A stretch of 17,239 nucleotides of DNA from Armatimonadota bacterium (GTDB lineage: Bacteria; Sysuimicrobiota; Sysuimicrobiia; Sysuimicrobiales; Humicultoraceae). The notes under the pieces were generated by a model that worked only from the letters and a program-made list of their open reading frames with translations, searched no databases and was not told the DNA's origin. The position numbers and the translations under genes are program-made. Every line of letters begins with the position of its first letter. The stretch's first letter is position 1. Shown here in pieces: positions 1 through 9,395 of this stretch. The stretch lies in assembly GCA_037446215.1 (NCBI GenBank), contig JBBIJB010000051.1, positions 1 to 17,239 of the forward strand. The letters are read 5' to 3'.

Positions 1-58
1 GCGGTACACTCAGGAAAGGGGGTAAAGTGTACGGCATCTACTGAACTCCTACAACCGG

Positions 59-86
59 TTGACCGTTCGTGGCAGGGTGGTATAAT
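59..86 (+). promoter_or_regulatory. sigma70/sigmaA-type promoter of the thr operon
   Basis: TTGACC (59-64), 16-bp spacer, extended -10 TGgTATAAT (TG 78-79, TATAAT 81-86), directly upstream of the T-box leader. Confidence 0.85.
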
Positions 87-100
87 CGCCTTCAAGTCAC

Positions 101-245
101 GGCCGCCCTAACAGAGCGGCCAGGCTGTGAACGGGAGAGTAGGCTCCGATCACCCTCCGTTAGCGGGGTTTGAGCGGGCCGATCTCGATCGGCCAACTAG
201 GGTGGAACCGCGAGAAACCTCTCGTCCCTTCGACGGGGGGTTTCG
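101..245 (+). ncRNA. T-box riboswitch leader (probably Thr-responsive), atypically short 5' domain
   Basis: T-box motif AGGGTGGAACCGCG (199-212) with antiterminator 3' side CGTCCCT (223-229); Stem III-like hairpin GGCCGATC/GATCGGCC (177-194); AGTA (138-141) and CCGTTA (157-162) elements; lies upstream of thrC. Confidence 0.88.
214..245 (+). terminator. T-box attenuator terminator hairpin
   Basis: GAAACCTCTCGTC (214-226) pairs with GACGGGGGGTTTC (232-244) and is mutually exclusive with the antiterminator; the U-tract is weak. Confidence 0.7.
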
Positions 246-273
246 TGCATCTTCGGGCATCGGAGGTGGGACG

Positions 274-1401
274 ATGGGCTCAACCTGGCCGGGGGTGATC
301 GACGCGTACCGCGCGTACCTGCCGGTGTCGGAAGCCACTCCGCATCTGTCCCTGGGAGAGGGCGGGACCCCTCTGGTCGAGGCGGTGAACATCCCGGGCC
401 GTCGGGGGTGGGAGTTCCGCCTCTTCCTGAAGTGCGAGTTCACCAACCCCACAGGATCGTTCAAGGACCGGGGAATGGTGGTGGCCATGGCAAAGGCCGT
501 CGAGGCCGGCGCCGGGGCGGTAGTGTGCGCGTCCACCGGCAACACGGCGGCCTCGGCCTCGGCCTACGCCGCCCGCGCGGGCCTGCCCTGCCTGGTGCTG
601 CTGCCCGCCGGAGGGGTCGCGGCCGGCAAGCTCGCTCAGGCCGTGCTGCACGGCGCGAGAGCCCTCGCCGTTGAGGGTAGCTTCGACGCGGCACTGCTCC
701 TGGCCCGCCGTCTCAGCGACCGTTTGCCTCTGGCCCTGGTGAACTCGGTCAATCCCGATCGCCTGCAGGGTCAGAAGACGGCGGCATTCGAGGTGTGTGA
801 CGCGCTGGGCGACGGCCCCGACTTCCTCTGCCTCCCGGTAGGGAACGCCGGCAACATCGCTTCGTACTGGATGGGTTTCACCGAGTATCGTCGCGCGGGC
901 CGCATCTCCGGCCTGCCCGTCCTCCTTGGGGCCCAGGCCGCCGGGGCCAGCCCGCTCGTCTCCGGGCGGCCGGTCGAGAGGCCGGAGACCGTGGCCACCG
1001 CAATCCGCATAGGCCGGCCCGCGAGTTGGGAACGAGCCGTCGGCGCGTGCAGGGAGTCGCGCGGGAGCTTCCTGGCGGTGACGGACGAGGAGATCCTGGC
1101 CGCCCAGCAGGAGCTGGCCGCGCTGGAGGGCCTCGGCTGTGAGCCGGCGTCGGCCGCGTCGCTGGCGGGCCTGATCCGGGTGGCTCAAGGTGGCGGGATC
1201 CCGGCCGGGAGCCGCGTGGTGTGCGTGCTCACCGGCCACGCCCTGAAAGACCCGGAGGCGGCGTCCCGGTCCGGCAGGGTCGAGCCGGCGCCCGCCGACT
1301 CCGATGCACTGGAGGAGCTGATCGCCACGCTGGTCTCTGCCGTCGGCCAGGGGGCCCGTGGACGGGATGGGGTGGGTCCCGAGGGAGAGGGAGGGCGATG
1401 A
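274..1401 (+). CDS. thrC: threonine synthase
   Basis: [18 protein letters not shown] (PLP Lys), [34 protein letters not shown] motifs; RBS GGAGGT 262-267 before ATG 274 (the ORF-track start at 127 is inside the leader). Confidence 0.95.
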   Translation: MGSTWPGVIDAYRAYLPVSEATPHLSLGEGGTPLVEAVNIPGRRGWEFRLFLKCEFTNPTGSFKDRGMVVAMAKAVEAGAGAVVCASTGNTAASASAYAARAGLPCLVLLPAGGVAAGKLAQAVLHGARALAVEGSFDAALLLARRLSDRLPLALVNSVNPDRLQGQKTAAFEVCDALGDGPDFLCLPVGNAGNIASYWMGFTEYRRAGRISGLPVLLGAQAAGASPLVSGRPVERPETVATAIRIGRPASWERAVGACRESRGSFLAVTDEEILAAQQELAALEGLGCEPASAASLAGLIRVAQGGGIPAGSRVVCVLTGHALKDPEAASRSGRVEPAPADSDALEELIATLVSAVGQGARGRDGVGPEGEGGR

Positions 1402-3527
1402 GCGTCAGGGTGACGGTGCCGGCGACCAGCGCCAACCTCGGTTCGGGCTTCGACGTCCTGGGGCTTGCCCTGGAGCTGTACAACGAGGTCGAAGCCTCGG
1501 TCGCCGCGGAGGGCTTGGAGGTCACCGTGGACGGTGAGGGCGCGGACGCCCTGCCTCGTGACGGCTCCAACCTGGTGGTCTCCGCCATGGATATGGTGTT
1601 CGAGCGCGCCGGGCGGCGACCGACAGGGCTGCGCGTTGGCTGCATCAATCGGATCCCGCTGGGCCGGGGGTTGGGATCCAGCGCCGCCGCCATAGTGGGC
1701 GGGCTGCTCGCGGCGAACCACCTCATCGGCGAGCCGTACGGCCGTGAGGAGCTGATGGTGATGGCGGCGCAGCGGGAGGGCCATCCGGACAACGTGGCCC
1801 CGGCCTTCCTGGGCGGGTTGGTGGTATCCGTTCCCCACGAAGGGCGCCTAGAGCACATCCGCCTCAACCCGTCCTTCGACCTGAACATCCTCCTCGTGGT
1901 CCCGGAGTTCCAGGTTCCGACGGCCTCTGCCCGCCGGGTCCTGCCGTCTGTGGTACCGCTCGGGGATGCCGTGTTCAACCTCGGCCGCGTGGCGCTGCTC
2001 CTTGCAGGGATCTCGAGCGGCGAGTACGGTCACCTGGCGACGGCCATGGATGACCGGCTGCACCAGAGCTACCGGGCAGAGCTCGTCCCAGGCATGTCCG
2101 AAGCCATCGCGGCGGCGCGGGCGGCCGGCGCGGCCGGGGTGGCCCTCAGCGGCGCCGGGCCCTCGATGCTCGCCTTCGTACCGGCCCGGGCAGAGGTCGA
2201 GGTAGCAAGGGCGATGGAAGCGGCGTTCTCCAGGGCAGGCGTGAGGGCGGAGGCCCAGGTAGTCGCCGTGGACCTGTTTGGCGCCGAGGCTTCTTCGCTC
2301 GGCCAGGACAAGCACCCCCTCGTGGTGCTCAAGTACGGGGGCTCATCCGTGGCCGATGCGGATCGGATCGGACGCGTAGCCGATCGAGTGGCCAAGGCCC
2401 GCAAGGACGGCAGCGATGTGGTGGTGGTCGTCTCGGCAATGGGGGATGCGACGGACAGGTTGATCGCCCTGGCCAACTCCGTGAGCCCGGAGCCGCCGCC
2501 CCGGGAGATGGACATGCTCCTGTCCACCGGCGAGCAGGTCTCCATTGCCCTGCTTTCCATGGCGCTCCGGGAGCGGGGCATCGAAGCGGTCTCTCTCACC
2601 GGGGCCCAGGTTGGGATCATCACCGACCGTACCCACCGACGCGCGCGCATTCGCCGGATCGACAGGGAGAAGGTGATGAGCCACCTCAGGGCCGGCAGGG
2701 TTGTGGTGGCGGCCGGGTTTCAGGGCCGGGAGATCGGCGGAGACGTGACCACCCTCGGCAGGGGCGGGTCAGACACCACCGCGGTGGCCGTGGCCGCTGC
2801 CCTGCGGGCCGACCGGTGCGAGATCCACACCGATGTCGAGGGTGTCTTCACGGGCGACCCCCGGGTGGTCCCCGGGGCGAGACTCATCCGGCGGATCTCC
2901 TACGACGAGATGCTGGAGATGGCGGACCAGGGAGCCAGGGGCCTGCAGCTTCGCGCGGTGGAGGTTGCCAGGCGGTACGGGGTAAGGTTGACCGTGCGGT
3001 CAAGCTTCGGCGACGACCCGGGCACCGAGGTGGGGGGAGGAGACGAGGTGGAAGAGGTTGTCGTCAGGGCGGTCACCCACAGCTGCGACGAGATCAAGCT
3101 GGTGCTGGAGGCAGTGCCCGACGTGCCCGGGGTGGCGGCCCGGGTGTTCCGAGCCCTGGCCACCGCCCGCGTGAAGGTGGACATGATCCTGCAGGGCATG
3201 CACCGGGAAGGGCATAACGACATCGCCTTCACCGTGGCCGGGCAGGACCTCGACGACGCCCGTCGCGTCTGCCAGGGGCTGGCGGGCGAGCTGGGCGCCC
3301 GCCGGGTCGTCGAGGATGCGGGGATCGCCAAGGTCTCCGTCATCGGAGCCGGCATATCGCAGGACGCGGGGGTAGCGGCCTCGGTGTTCGAGGCACTGGC
3401 AGGAGAGGGGATCAACATCGACATGATCAGCACCTCTCCCCTGCGCATCTCCTGCGTCATCTCCAGGGACAGGGCTACGGAGGCCGTCCAGGCCCTCCAC
3501 CGCCGCTTCGGCCTTGCCCGGACCTGA
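1398..3527 (+). CDS. homoserine kinase (ThrB)-aspartate kinase (LysC-type, two ACT domains) fusion, 709 aa
   Basis: ATGA overlap with thrC stop. N-half: [40 protein letters not shown]-half from about 2317: [38 protein letters not shown] repeats. No stop between the halves. Confidence 0.9.
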   Translation: MSVRVTVPATSANLGSGFDVLGLALELYNEVEASVAAEGLEVTVDGEGADALPRDGSNLVVSAMDMVFERAGRRPTGLRVGCINRIPLGRGLGSSAAAIVGGLLAANHLIGEPYGREELMVMAAQREGHPDNVAPAFLGGLVVSVPHEGRLEHIRLNPSFDLNILLVVPEFQVPTASARRVLPSVVPLGDAVFNLGRVALLLAGISSGEYGHLATAMDDRLHQSYRAELVPGMSEAIAAARAAGAAGVALSGAGPSMLAFVPARAEVEVARAMEAAFSRAGVRAEAQVVAVDLFGAEASSLGQDKHPLVVLKYGGSSVADADRIGRVADRVAKARKDGSDVVVVVSAMGDATDRLIALANSVSPEPPPREMDMLLSTGEQVSIALLSMALRERGIEAVSLTGAQVGIITDRTHRRARIRRIDREKVMSHLRAGRVVVAAGFQGREIGGDVTTLGRGGSDTTAVAVAAALRADRCEIHTDVEGVFTGDPRVVPGARLIRRISYDEMLEMADQGARGLQLRAVEVARRYGVRLTVRSSFGDDPGTEVGGGDEVEEVVVRAVTHSCDEIKLVLEAVPDVPGVAARVFRALATARVKVDMILQGMHREGHNDIAFTVAGQDLDDARRVCQGLAGELGARRVVEDAGIAKVSVIGAGISQDAGVAASVFEALAGEGINIDMISTSPLRISCVISRDRATEAVQALHRRFGLART
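3048..3527 (+). CDS. in-frame internal aspartate kinase beta (regulatory ACT) subunit, 159 aa
   Basis: GGAGG (3036-3040) 7 nt before in-frame GTG 3048, giving [10 protein letters not shown]..., which resembles the beta-subunit start of alpha2beta2 aspartokinases. Confidence 0.7.
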   Translation: MEEVVVRAVTHSCDEIKLVLEAVPDVPGVAARVFRALATARVKVDMILQGMHREGHNDIAFTVAGQDLDDARRVCQGLAGELGARRVVEDAGIAKVSVIGAGISQDAGVAASVFEALAGEGINIDMISTSPLRISCVISRDRATEAVQALHRRFGLART

Positions 3528-3552
3528 CCGGGCCTAAGGGCGCTTCGCGGCC

Positions 3553-3580
3553 TTGCATTCAAGGGAGGGCGTGCTAGAGT
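3553..3580 (+). promoter_or_regulatory. putative promoter for the aroA operon
   Basis: TTGCAT (3553-3558), 16 bp, TGcTAGAGT (-10 at 3575-3580) in the 110-nt intergenic gap. Confidence 0.5.
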
Positions 3581-3637
3581 GTTCGCCAAGGTCAGGCGGT
3601 CCGCTTCGCGAATCTGCTACCCCAGGAGAGCCCGAGG

Positions 3638-4918
3638 GTGATCAGAAGGGTAGAGCCGTCCATGCCCCTGCGAGGGGAGGTGGTCGTGCCCGGGGACAAG
3701 AGCATCTCCCACCGGGCCGCCATCCTCGCCGCGCTCGCCTCCGGTGACTCCCTCATCCGGGGCTACGCCTCCGGAGCCGACGGGCGCTCGACGCTGGCCT
3801 GCCTGCGGGCGCTGGGCACCGGCGTACGGCAGGTAGGCGACTGTGACTTCCTAGTCAGCGGCTCTGGGCTGCGCGAGGCGCCCAGCGAGCTGGACTGCGG
3901 GAACTCCGGGACCACCATGCGGCTGCTGTCCGGGGTGCTGGCGGCCTGGCCCTTCCTCTCCATCCTGACGGGCGACTCCTCGCTCCGCGGCAGGCCGATG
4001 GCGCGGGTAGTGGAGCCTCTCACCCGGATGGGGGCGCGGATATGGGGCCGCGAGCAGGGCAGATACGCTCCGCTCGCCATCCTCGGAGGGGGGCTACGCG
4101 GCATCGACTACTCCAGCCCTGTGGCCAGCGCCCAGGTCAAGTCGGCGGTGCTGCTCGCAGGGCTCAGGGCCGAAGGCAGGACGTCGGTGAGGGAGCCCGA
4201 GCCCTCCCGCGACCACACCGAGCGGATGCTGGCCCGGTTCGGCGTCGAGGTCGCGGTCAGGGGCCGAGATGTATCGGTGGCGCCGGCCCCGGTGCTCACT
4301 CCGTGCCCGGTCAGGGTGCCGGGAGATCTCTCGTCGGCCGCCTTCCTGATAGCCGCCGCCCTGCTGGTTGAGGGCTCGCGGCTGGTGGTCCGGGGAGTGG
4401 GTCTCAACCCCACCCGCGCCGGGTTCCTCCGGGTGCTGGAGCGCTCGGGCGCCCCGGTTCGGGTGCTCGACCTGCGCGATCAGGAGTCGGAGCCGGTGGG
4501 TGATCTCGAGGTGTCCCATGCCCGGCTGCGGCCCTTCACCGTGGGGGCCGAGGAGGTACCCTCCCTCGTGGACGAGATCCCGATCCTCGCGGTGCTCGCC
4601 ACGCAGGCCGAGGGCACGACCGTGATCGGCGGCGCGGGTGAGCTCCGCCACAAGGAGAGTGACCGGCTGCGCACGATGGCGGCGGGCCTCGCGGCCATGG
4701 GCGCGGAGGTGGAGGAGAGCCAGGACGGGCTTCGAATCCACGGCCCGTGCGCGCTCCGGGGCGGCGCGCTGTCGGCGGAGGGTGACCACAGGGTGGCGAT
4801 GGCCCTGGCCGTCGCGGCCCTCGTCGCCCGGGGAGCCACGGCCATCGAGGGAGCCGAGGCAGTGGACATCTCGTACCCCGGCTTCTTCGAGACCCTCTAC
4901 GCGCTCGGCGGGCAGTGA
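3638..4918 (+). CDS. aroA: 3-phosphoshikimate 1-carboxyvinyltransferase (class II EPSP synthase)
   Basis: PGDKSISHRA, DCGNSGTTMRL, SAQVKSAVL, SRDHTERML, ELRHKESDR, DHRVAM motifs; RBS AGGAGA upstream of GTG. Confidence 0.96.
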   Translation: MIRRVEPSMPLRGEVVVPGDKSISHRAAILAALASGDSLIRGYASGADGRSTLACLRALGTGVRQVGDCDFLVSGSGLREAPSELDCGNSGTTMRLLSGVLAAWPFLSILTGDSSLRGRPMARVVEPLTRMGARIWGREQGRYAPLAILGGGLRGIDYSSPVASAQVKSAVLLAGLRAEGRTSVREPEPSRDHTERMLARFGVEVAVRGRDVSVAPAPVLTPCPVRVPGDLSSAAFLIAAALLVEGSRLVVRGVGLNPTRAGFLRVLERSGAPVRVLDLRDQESEPVGDLEVSHARLRPFTVGAEEVPSLVDEIPILAVLATQAEGTTVIGGAGELRHKESDRLRTMAAGLAAMGAEVEESQDGLRIHGPCALRGGALSAEGDHRVAMALAVAALVARGATAIEGAEAVDISYPGFFETLYALGGQ

Positions 4919-6450
4919 TGACGGGGTCCGCGCCCAGGGCGGCCAGGGTCTTCATCACAGGGCCTGACGGCGTGGCCTGCGCCGCGGCCGGCCGGGACTT
5001 GGCGCGGATCCTGGGATTCGCGTGCCTGGATCTCGCCGAGTACGCCTCGCTCTCGACCGGCGCGGCTACCCCCTGGCTCCGCGCCGGTGGGTCGGAGGGG
5101 GCGCTCACGCGCCGCGGGGCCACGGCCCTGGAGTGGGCGGCCGCGCTGCCGGGCACGGTCGTCGTCGCCGGTGGGGATCCCATCCCCGACGCCGACAGCC
5201 GCTTGATGCTGGAGTCCGGAGCCGTGGTGGCGCTCGGGACGGCCGGCCCGAAGGCACACCTCCGGGTGGAGGGCGAGGGGCTCACGGCCGAGCAGGTGGC
5301 GGGTCGCGCGGCGGCTTGGCTCGAGGAGTCGTGGGGGCTTCGACCCAGGACCGCCGGCTCAGGGCAGATCTCGGTGAGCGCGGCACCGCGCGGCGATCCG
5401 GTCTACCTGGGGTGTGGGATGCTGGGGCGGCCGCTCCCCCGGCCCTGCGCCGGCGCCCCGCGGATCGCGGTCCTCTCGGAGCCCGCGGTCTGGGCCCTCT
5501 ACGGCAGGGCGCTCGGGGAGAGCCTCGCGGCAGGAGGAGGGGAGCCCGAGCTCCTCCTCCTGCCGGGGAGCGAGGCGGCCAAGTCGAGGGAGGGGCTGGC
5601 CGCGGTCCACGACTTCCTAGTGGAGCGCGGCTGCCGACGCGACACCCCGCTGCTCGTCCTGGGCGGCGGCGTCCTCGGGGACCTGGGTGGGTTCGCGGCC
5701 GCGACCTATATGCGCGGGATGCCGCTCGTGCAGGTGCCGACGACCCTACTCGCGCAGGTGGACTCCAGCGTAGGCGGGAAGGTTGCGATCAACCACCCGG
5801 CGGGCAAGAACCTGATCGGCGCATTCTACCCCGCCGACGCCTGCATAGCCGACCAGTCCGCCCTCCTCACGCTGCCCGACAGGGAGTTCGCCGGCGGAAT
5901 GGCCGAGGTCGTGAAGACCGCGCTGCTGTGCGGTGAGGAGTTCACCGCCTGGCTCGAGGAGGGCGCGGCGCGGCTGTTGGCGCGCGAGCCGGCCCTGCTT
6001 ACCGAAATGGTGGCGCGCTGCGTGCGGTTCAAGAGCTCGCTGGTGGAGGCGGACGAGAGAGACCACGGCCCCAGGATGCTGCTGAACCTCGGCCACACCC
6101 TGGGCCACACCCTGGAGAAGCTGGGAGATTACTCCGCCCTCACCCACGGAGAGGCCGTGGCGGTGGGGCTGGTGTGGGCCGCGCGCCTCTCCGAGCGGAT
6201 GGGCCTCGGCGCCCGCGGGCTCGCTCCCCGGCTTCGCGATCTGCTCGGGGCCTTTGGCCTGCGGACGGATGTCCGGGGGCTCGGGTTCGATGCAAGGGTG
6301 GCGGTCGAGTCGATGCGGGGGGACAAGAAGGCGCGGGCCCACGGGCTGAACCTGATCCTCCCCCGCGCCGTCGGTGACGTGCGCATAACCCCGGGCGTGC
6401 CCGTCGAGGTCATTGCAGGCTCGCTGGGCGAGTTCCTGGGAGACGGCTGA
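4915..6450 (+). CDS. aroB: 3-dehydroquinate synthase with N-terminal degenerate shikimate-kinase-like domain
   Basis: GGGVLGDLGGFAAATYMRG, PTTLLAQVDSSVGGK, KNLIGAFY, LNLGHTLGH, HGEAVA; about 140-aa N-terminal region resembles AroK without a P-loop Lys. Start (GTG 4915 or ATG 4918) overlaps the aroA stop. Confidence 0.9.
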   Translation: MMTGSAPRAARVFITGPDGVACAAAGRDLARILGFACLDLAEYASLSTGAATPWLRAGGSEGALTRRGATALEWAAALPGTVVVAGGDPIPDADSRLMLESGAVVALGTAGPKAHLRVEGEGLTAEQVAGRAAAWLEESWGLRPRTAGSGQISVSAAPRGDPVYLGCGMLGRPLPRPCAGAPRIAVLSEPAVWALYGRALGESLAAGGGEPELLLLPGSEAAKSREGLAAVHDFLVERGCRRDTPLLVLGGGVLGDLGGFAAATYMRGMPLVQVPTTLLAQVDSSVGGKVAINHPAGKNLIGAFYPADACIADQSALLTLPDREFAGGMAEVVKTALLCGEEFTAWLEEGAARLLAREPALLTEMVARCVRFKSSLVEADERDHGPRMLLNLGHTLGHTLEKLGDYSALTHGEAVAVGLVWAARLSERMGLGARGLAPRLRDLLGAFGLRTDVRGLGFDARVAVESMRGDKKARAHGLNLILPRAVGDVRITPGVPVEVIAGSLGEFLGDG

Positions 6451-6471
6451 GTCGAGGGTGGTGCCTACCAG

Positions 6472-7491
6472 ATGATCCTTGTAATGGAGGCGGGAGCAAG
6501 CGCGGCGCTAGTCGAGGCCGTCGTGGAGAAGGTCCGCAAGGCGGGGCTGAGCACGCACATCTCGGTGGGCGTCTCACGGACGGTCATCGGGGTCATCGGC
6601 GACGATCGGACCAAGGAGATGCTGCGCGAGTCGCTGGAGGTGACGCCGGGCGTCGAGCGCGTCGTGGCGATCCTCCAGCCGTACAAGCTCGTCAGCCGCG
6701 AGTTCATCCCCCACGATACGGTCGTGCAGGTCGGTCCCGTGCCCGTGGGCGGCACCCGCGCGGTCATCATGGCCGGCCCCTGCTCCGTGGAGGGGCGCGA
6801 GCAGGTCCTGGCGACCGCCGAGGCCGTAAGGGCGGCCGGGGGCGCGGTGCTCCGGGGCGGGGCCTTCAAGCCCAGGACCTCGCCCTACTCGTTCCAGGGG
6901 CTCGAGGAGGAAGGGCTGAGGCTGCTGGCAGAGGCGAGGGAGCGCACCGGCCTGCCGGTGGTCACGGAGGCGATGGACGCCTTCCAGCTCGAGATGGTGG
7001 CTCGCTACGCGGACATGATCCAGATCGGCGCCCGCAACATGCAGAACTACACGCTGCTTCGGGAGGCCGGCCGGGCGAAGCTGCCCGTGCTGCTGAAGAG
7101 GGGGGTCAGCGCGACGCTCGAGGAGCTGCTGCTGGCCGCGGAGTACCTGCTCAGCGAAGGCAACTACAGCGTGGTCCTGTGCGAGAGGGGGATCCGGGGG
7201 TTCAACAGCCACACCAGGTACACCCTTGACCTCTCGGCGATACCCGTGCTCAAGCGGATGACCCACCTCCCGGTGGTGGTCGATCCCAGCCACGGCACCG
7301 GGAACTGGCGCTACGTCGCGCCGATGGCAAGGGCGGCGCTGGCCGCGGGCGCGGATGGGCTCCTGGTCGAGGTTCACCCCGATCCGGCGAACGCGCTCAG
7401 CGACGGCCCGCAGTCGCTCAGCCTCGAGAACTTCGCCCTGCTGATGGAGTCGATGCGGACGGTGGCTTCGGCCGTCGGAAGGGAGCTCTGA
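6472..7491 (+). CDS. aroF: DAHP synthase, type I-beta with N-terminal ACT-like regulatory domain
   Basis: [61 protein letters not shown]. Confidence 0.95.
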   Translation: MILVMEAGASAALVEAVVEKVRKAGLSTHISVGVSRTVIGVIGDDRTKEMLRESLEVTPGVERVVAILQPYKLVSREFIPHDTVVQVGPVPVGGTRAVIMAGPCSVEGREQVLATAEAVRAAGGAVLRGGAFKPRTSPYSFQGLEEEGLRLLAEARERTGLPVVTEAMDAFQLEMVARYADMIQIGARNMQNYTLLREAGRAKLPVLLKRGVSATLEELLLAAEYLLSEGNYSVVLCERGIRGFNSHTRYTLDLSAIPVLKRMTHLPVVVDPSHGTGNWRYVAPMARAALAAGADGLLVEVHPDPANALSDGPQSLSLENFALLMESMRTVASAVGREL

Positions 7492-7494
7492 CGG

Positions 7495-8472
7495 ATGAGC
7501 CTGCCTCGCGTCGGCGTGCTGATGGGGGGTCCCTCGCCGGAGCGGGAGATCTCGCTGCTATCGGGCCGCCGCGTGCTGCAGGCGATCGACCCGACGCGCT
7601 ACGAGGCCGTATCCCTCGAGGTGCCGGCACAGGGGACGTGGTACCCTCCCGACGGGCTTGACGCGGCGTTTGTGGCGATGCACGGCCCCTTCGGCGAGGA
7701 CGGCACGATGCAGGGGATGCTCGAGTTCGCGGGGATACCCTACACCGGGTCCGGGGTGCTCGCGAGCGCCCTGGCGATGGACAAGCGGAGGTCGCGCCAG
7801 CTCCTCGGTTTCAACGGCGTGCCCACTCCCGGGTACCTGATCCTCGACCGCGACGGCTATCCCGAGCGCGGCCACGAGATAGCCGAGGAGGTGGCCCACG
7901 CGCTCGGCTTCCCATGCATGGTGAAGCCGAACGCGCTCGGCAGCAGCATCGGGGTGACCCTGGTCAGGGACCCCTCCGGACTCCCGGGGGCGATCGAGGC
8001 CGCGTTCGAGCTCGACGGCTCGCTCCTCATCGAGGAGTACCTGACGGGCACCGAGCTGACCTGCGCCATACTGGACGATCCCGATCAGGACGGGCCCGCC
8101 GCCCTGCCGCTCGTGGAGATCATCCCGAGGCGGGAATTCTTCGACTACGAAGCCAAGTACACACCTGGGGCCGCGGAGGAGATCTGCCCCGCGCGCCTCC
8201 CCAAGGGCGAGGCATGGCGCGCCCAGGCGGTCGCGATGCGCGCCTACCGCGTCCTGGGCTGCCGCGACTTCGCGCGCGTGGACATGTTCATCAGGGAGGC
8301 GGATGTCGCCGTGCTCGAGGTGAACACCATCCCCGGACTGACCGAGGGGAGTCTCTTCCCCAGGGCCGCGCGCGCGGCCGGCATCGAGCTCGAGGGCCTG
8401 GTCGACCGGCTACTCAGGTGCGCGCTGCGGCGGGGCGCCCGCGGCCCGCGCACGCCGAGAGGGGGAGCGTAG
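7495..8472 (+). CDS. ddl: D-alanine--D-alanine ligase
   Basis: GGPSPEREIS, HGPFGEDG, PYTGSGVLASALAMDK, VKP..GSSIG, FFDYEAKY omega loop, EVNTIPG. Confidence 0.94.
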   Translation: MSLPRVGVLMGGPSPEREISLLSGRRVLQAIDPTRYEAVSLEVPAQGTWYPPDGLDAAFVAMHGPFGEDGTMQGMLEFAGIPYTGSGVLASALAMDKRRSRQLLGFNGVPTPGYLILDRDGYPERGHEIAEEVAHALGFPCMVKPNALGSSIGVTLVRDPSGLPGAIEAAFELDGSLLIEEYLTGTELTCAILDDPDQDGPAALPLVEIIPRREFFDYEAKYTPGAAEEICPARLPKGEAWRAQAVAMRAYRVLGCRDFARVDMFIREADVAVLEVNTIPGLTEGSLFPRAARAAGIELEGLVDRLLRCALRRGARGPRTPRGGA

Positions 8473-8477
8473 CGCAG

Positions 8478-9368
8478 ATGGTTCCGATATCGGAGAGGAA
8501 CTGGGTGGTGAAGTCCCACGCCTTGGGCAACGACTACATGGTGCTTGACCCGGCCGCGCTGGACTTCCCCTTGACGCCGCCGGCGATCCGACTCCTGTGC
8601 GATCGACACCTGGGCGTCGGGTCGGACGGCATCCTCGCACTCGCGCCCTCGTCGGGGGCGGACTTCGGGCTGCGCATCTACAACCCGGACGGCAGCGAGG
8701 CGGAGAAGAGCGGGAACGGCCTGCGCATGTTCGCGAAGTTCCTCTACGACCACGGCTACACGGACCGGCCCAACTTTACCATCGAGACCCCGGGCGGGAC
8801 CGTGGGAGTCGAGCTGCACCTGGCGGGTCGACGGATCGAGTCCCTCACGGTGGACGTGGGGCGGGCCTCTTTCAGGAGCACCGACATTCCCGCCGATGGG
8901 CCGGCGAGGGAGGTCGTGGACGAGGTGGTGGAGGCGGGCGACCAGCGGATAGAGATCACGGCCCTCTCGGTGGGAAACCCGCACTGCGTGGTGTTCGTCC
9001 CGGATCTCGACCTCGTGCACCTGCACCAGATGGGCCCGCTGCTGGAGACCCATCCCCTCTTTCCGAGGCGTATCAACGTCCAGTTCGCCCAGGTGCTCTC
9101 GCGGGAGCGCGTGAAGATCCTGATCTGGGAGCGCGGCGTCGGCGAGACGATGGCCTCGGGAACCAGCGCGTGCGCGGTTGCCGCGGCCGCCGTGCGAGAA
9201 GGCGTGATGGACCGGGCGGTGACGGTCTCCGCGCCGGGCGGTGACCTCAAGATCGAGGTGGCCGAGGACTGGTCGATACGGATGAAGGGGCCGGCGACCG
9301 AGGTCTACTCAGGGACGCTCAGCGCCGACCTGGTAGGGCAGCTGACGAGCGTCGCACGCGCCGGGTGA
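8478..9368 (+). CDS. dapF: diaminopimelate epimerase family protein, Ser/Ser active-site variant
   Basis: KSHALGNDY, DRHLGVGSDG, NPDGSEAEKSGNGLR, GNPHCV, WERGVGETMASGTSAC; ATG 8478 follows the ddl stop, with GGGGGAG upstream. Confidence 0.88.
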   Translation: MVPISERNWVVKSHALGNDYMVLDPAALDFPLTPPAIRLLCDRHLGVGSDGILALAPSSGADFGLRIYNPDGSEAEKSGNGLRMFAKFLYDHGYTDRPNFTIETPGGTVGVELHLAGRRIESLTVDVGRASFRSTDIPADGPAREVVDEVVEAGDQRIEITALSVGNPHCVVFVPDLDLVHLHQMGPLLETHPLFPRRINVQFAQVLSRERVKILIWERGVGETMASGTSACAVAAAAVREGVMDRAVTVSAPGGDLKIEVAEDWSIRMKGPATEVYSGTLSADLVGQLTSVARAG

Positions 9369-9395
9369 GCCCGGCCGGGGGAGGTAACGGCAGTC

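Noticed and set aside
127..273. N-terminal extension of thrC in the ORF track
   Set aside because: It runs through the T-box leader; the RBS and homology support ATG 274.
3541..3610. Direct repeat CGCTTCGCG (3541-3549, 3602-3610) around the aroA promoter
   Set aside because: Two short GC-rich copies can arise by chance; no supporting structure.
7495..8472. Possible Van-type D-Ala-D-Lac ligase
   Set aside because: The omega loop DYEAKY is the D-Ala-D-Ala type and there are no vanH/vanX neighbours.
7914..8477. Long N-terminal extension of dapF (484-aa ORF)
   Set aside because: Out-of-frame overlap with ddl, Arg/Gly/Pro-rich; DapF motifs start after ATG 8478.
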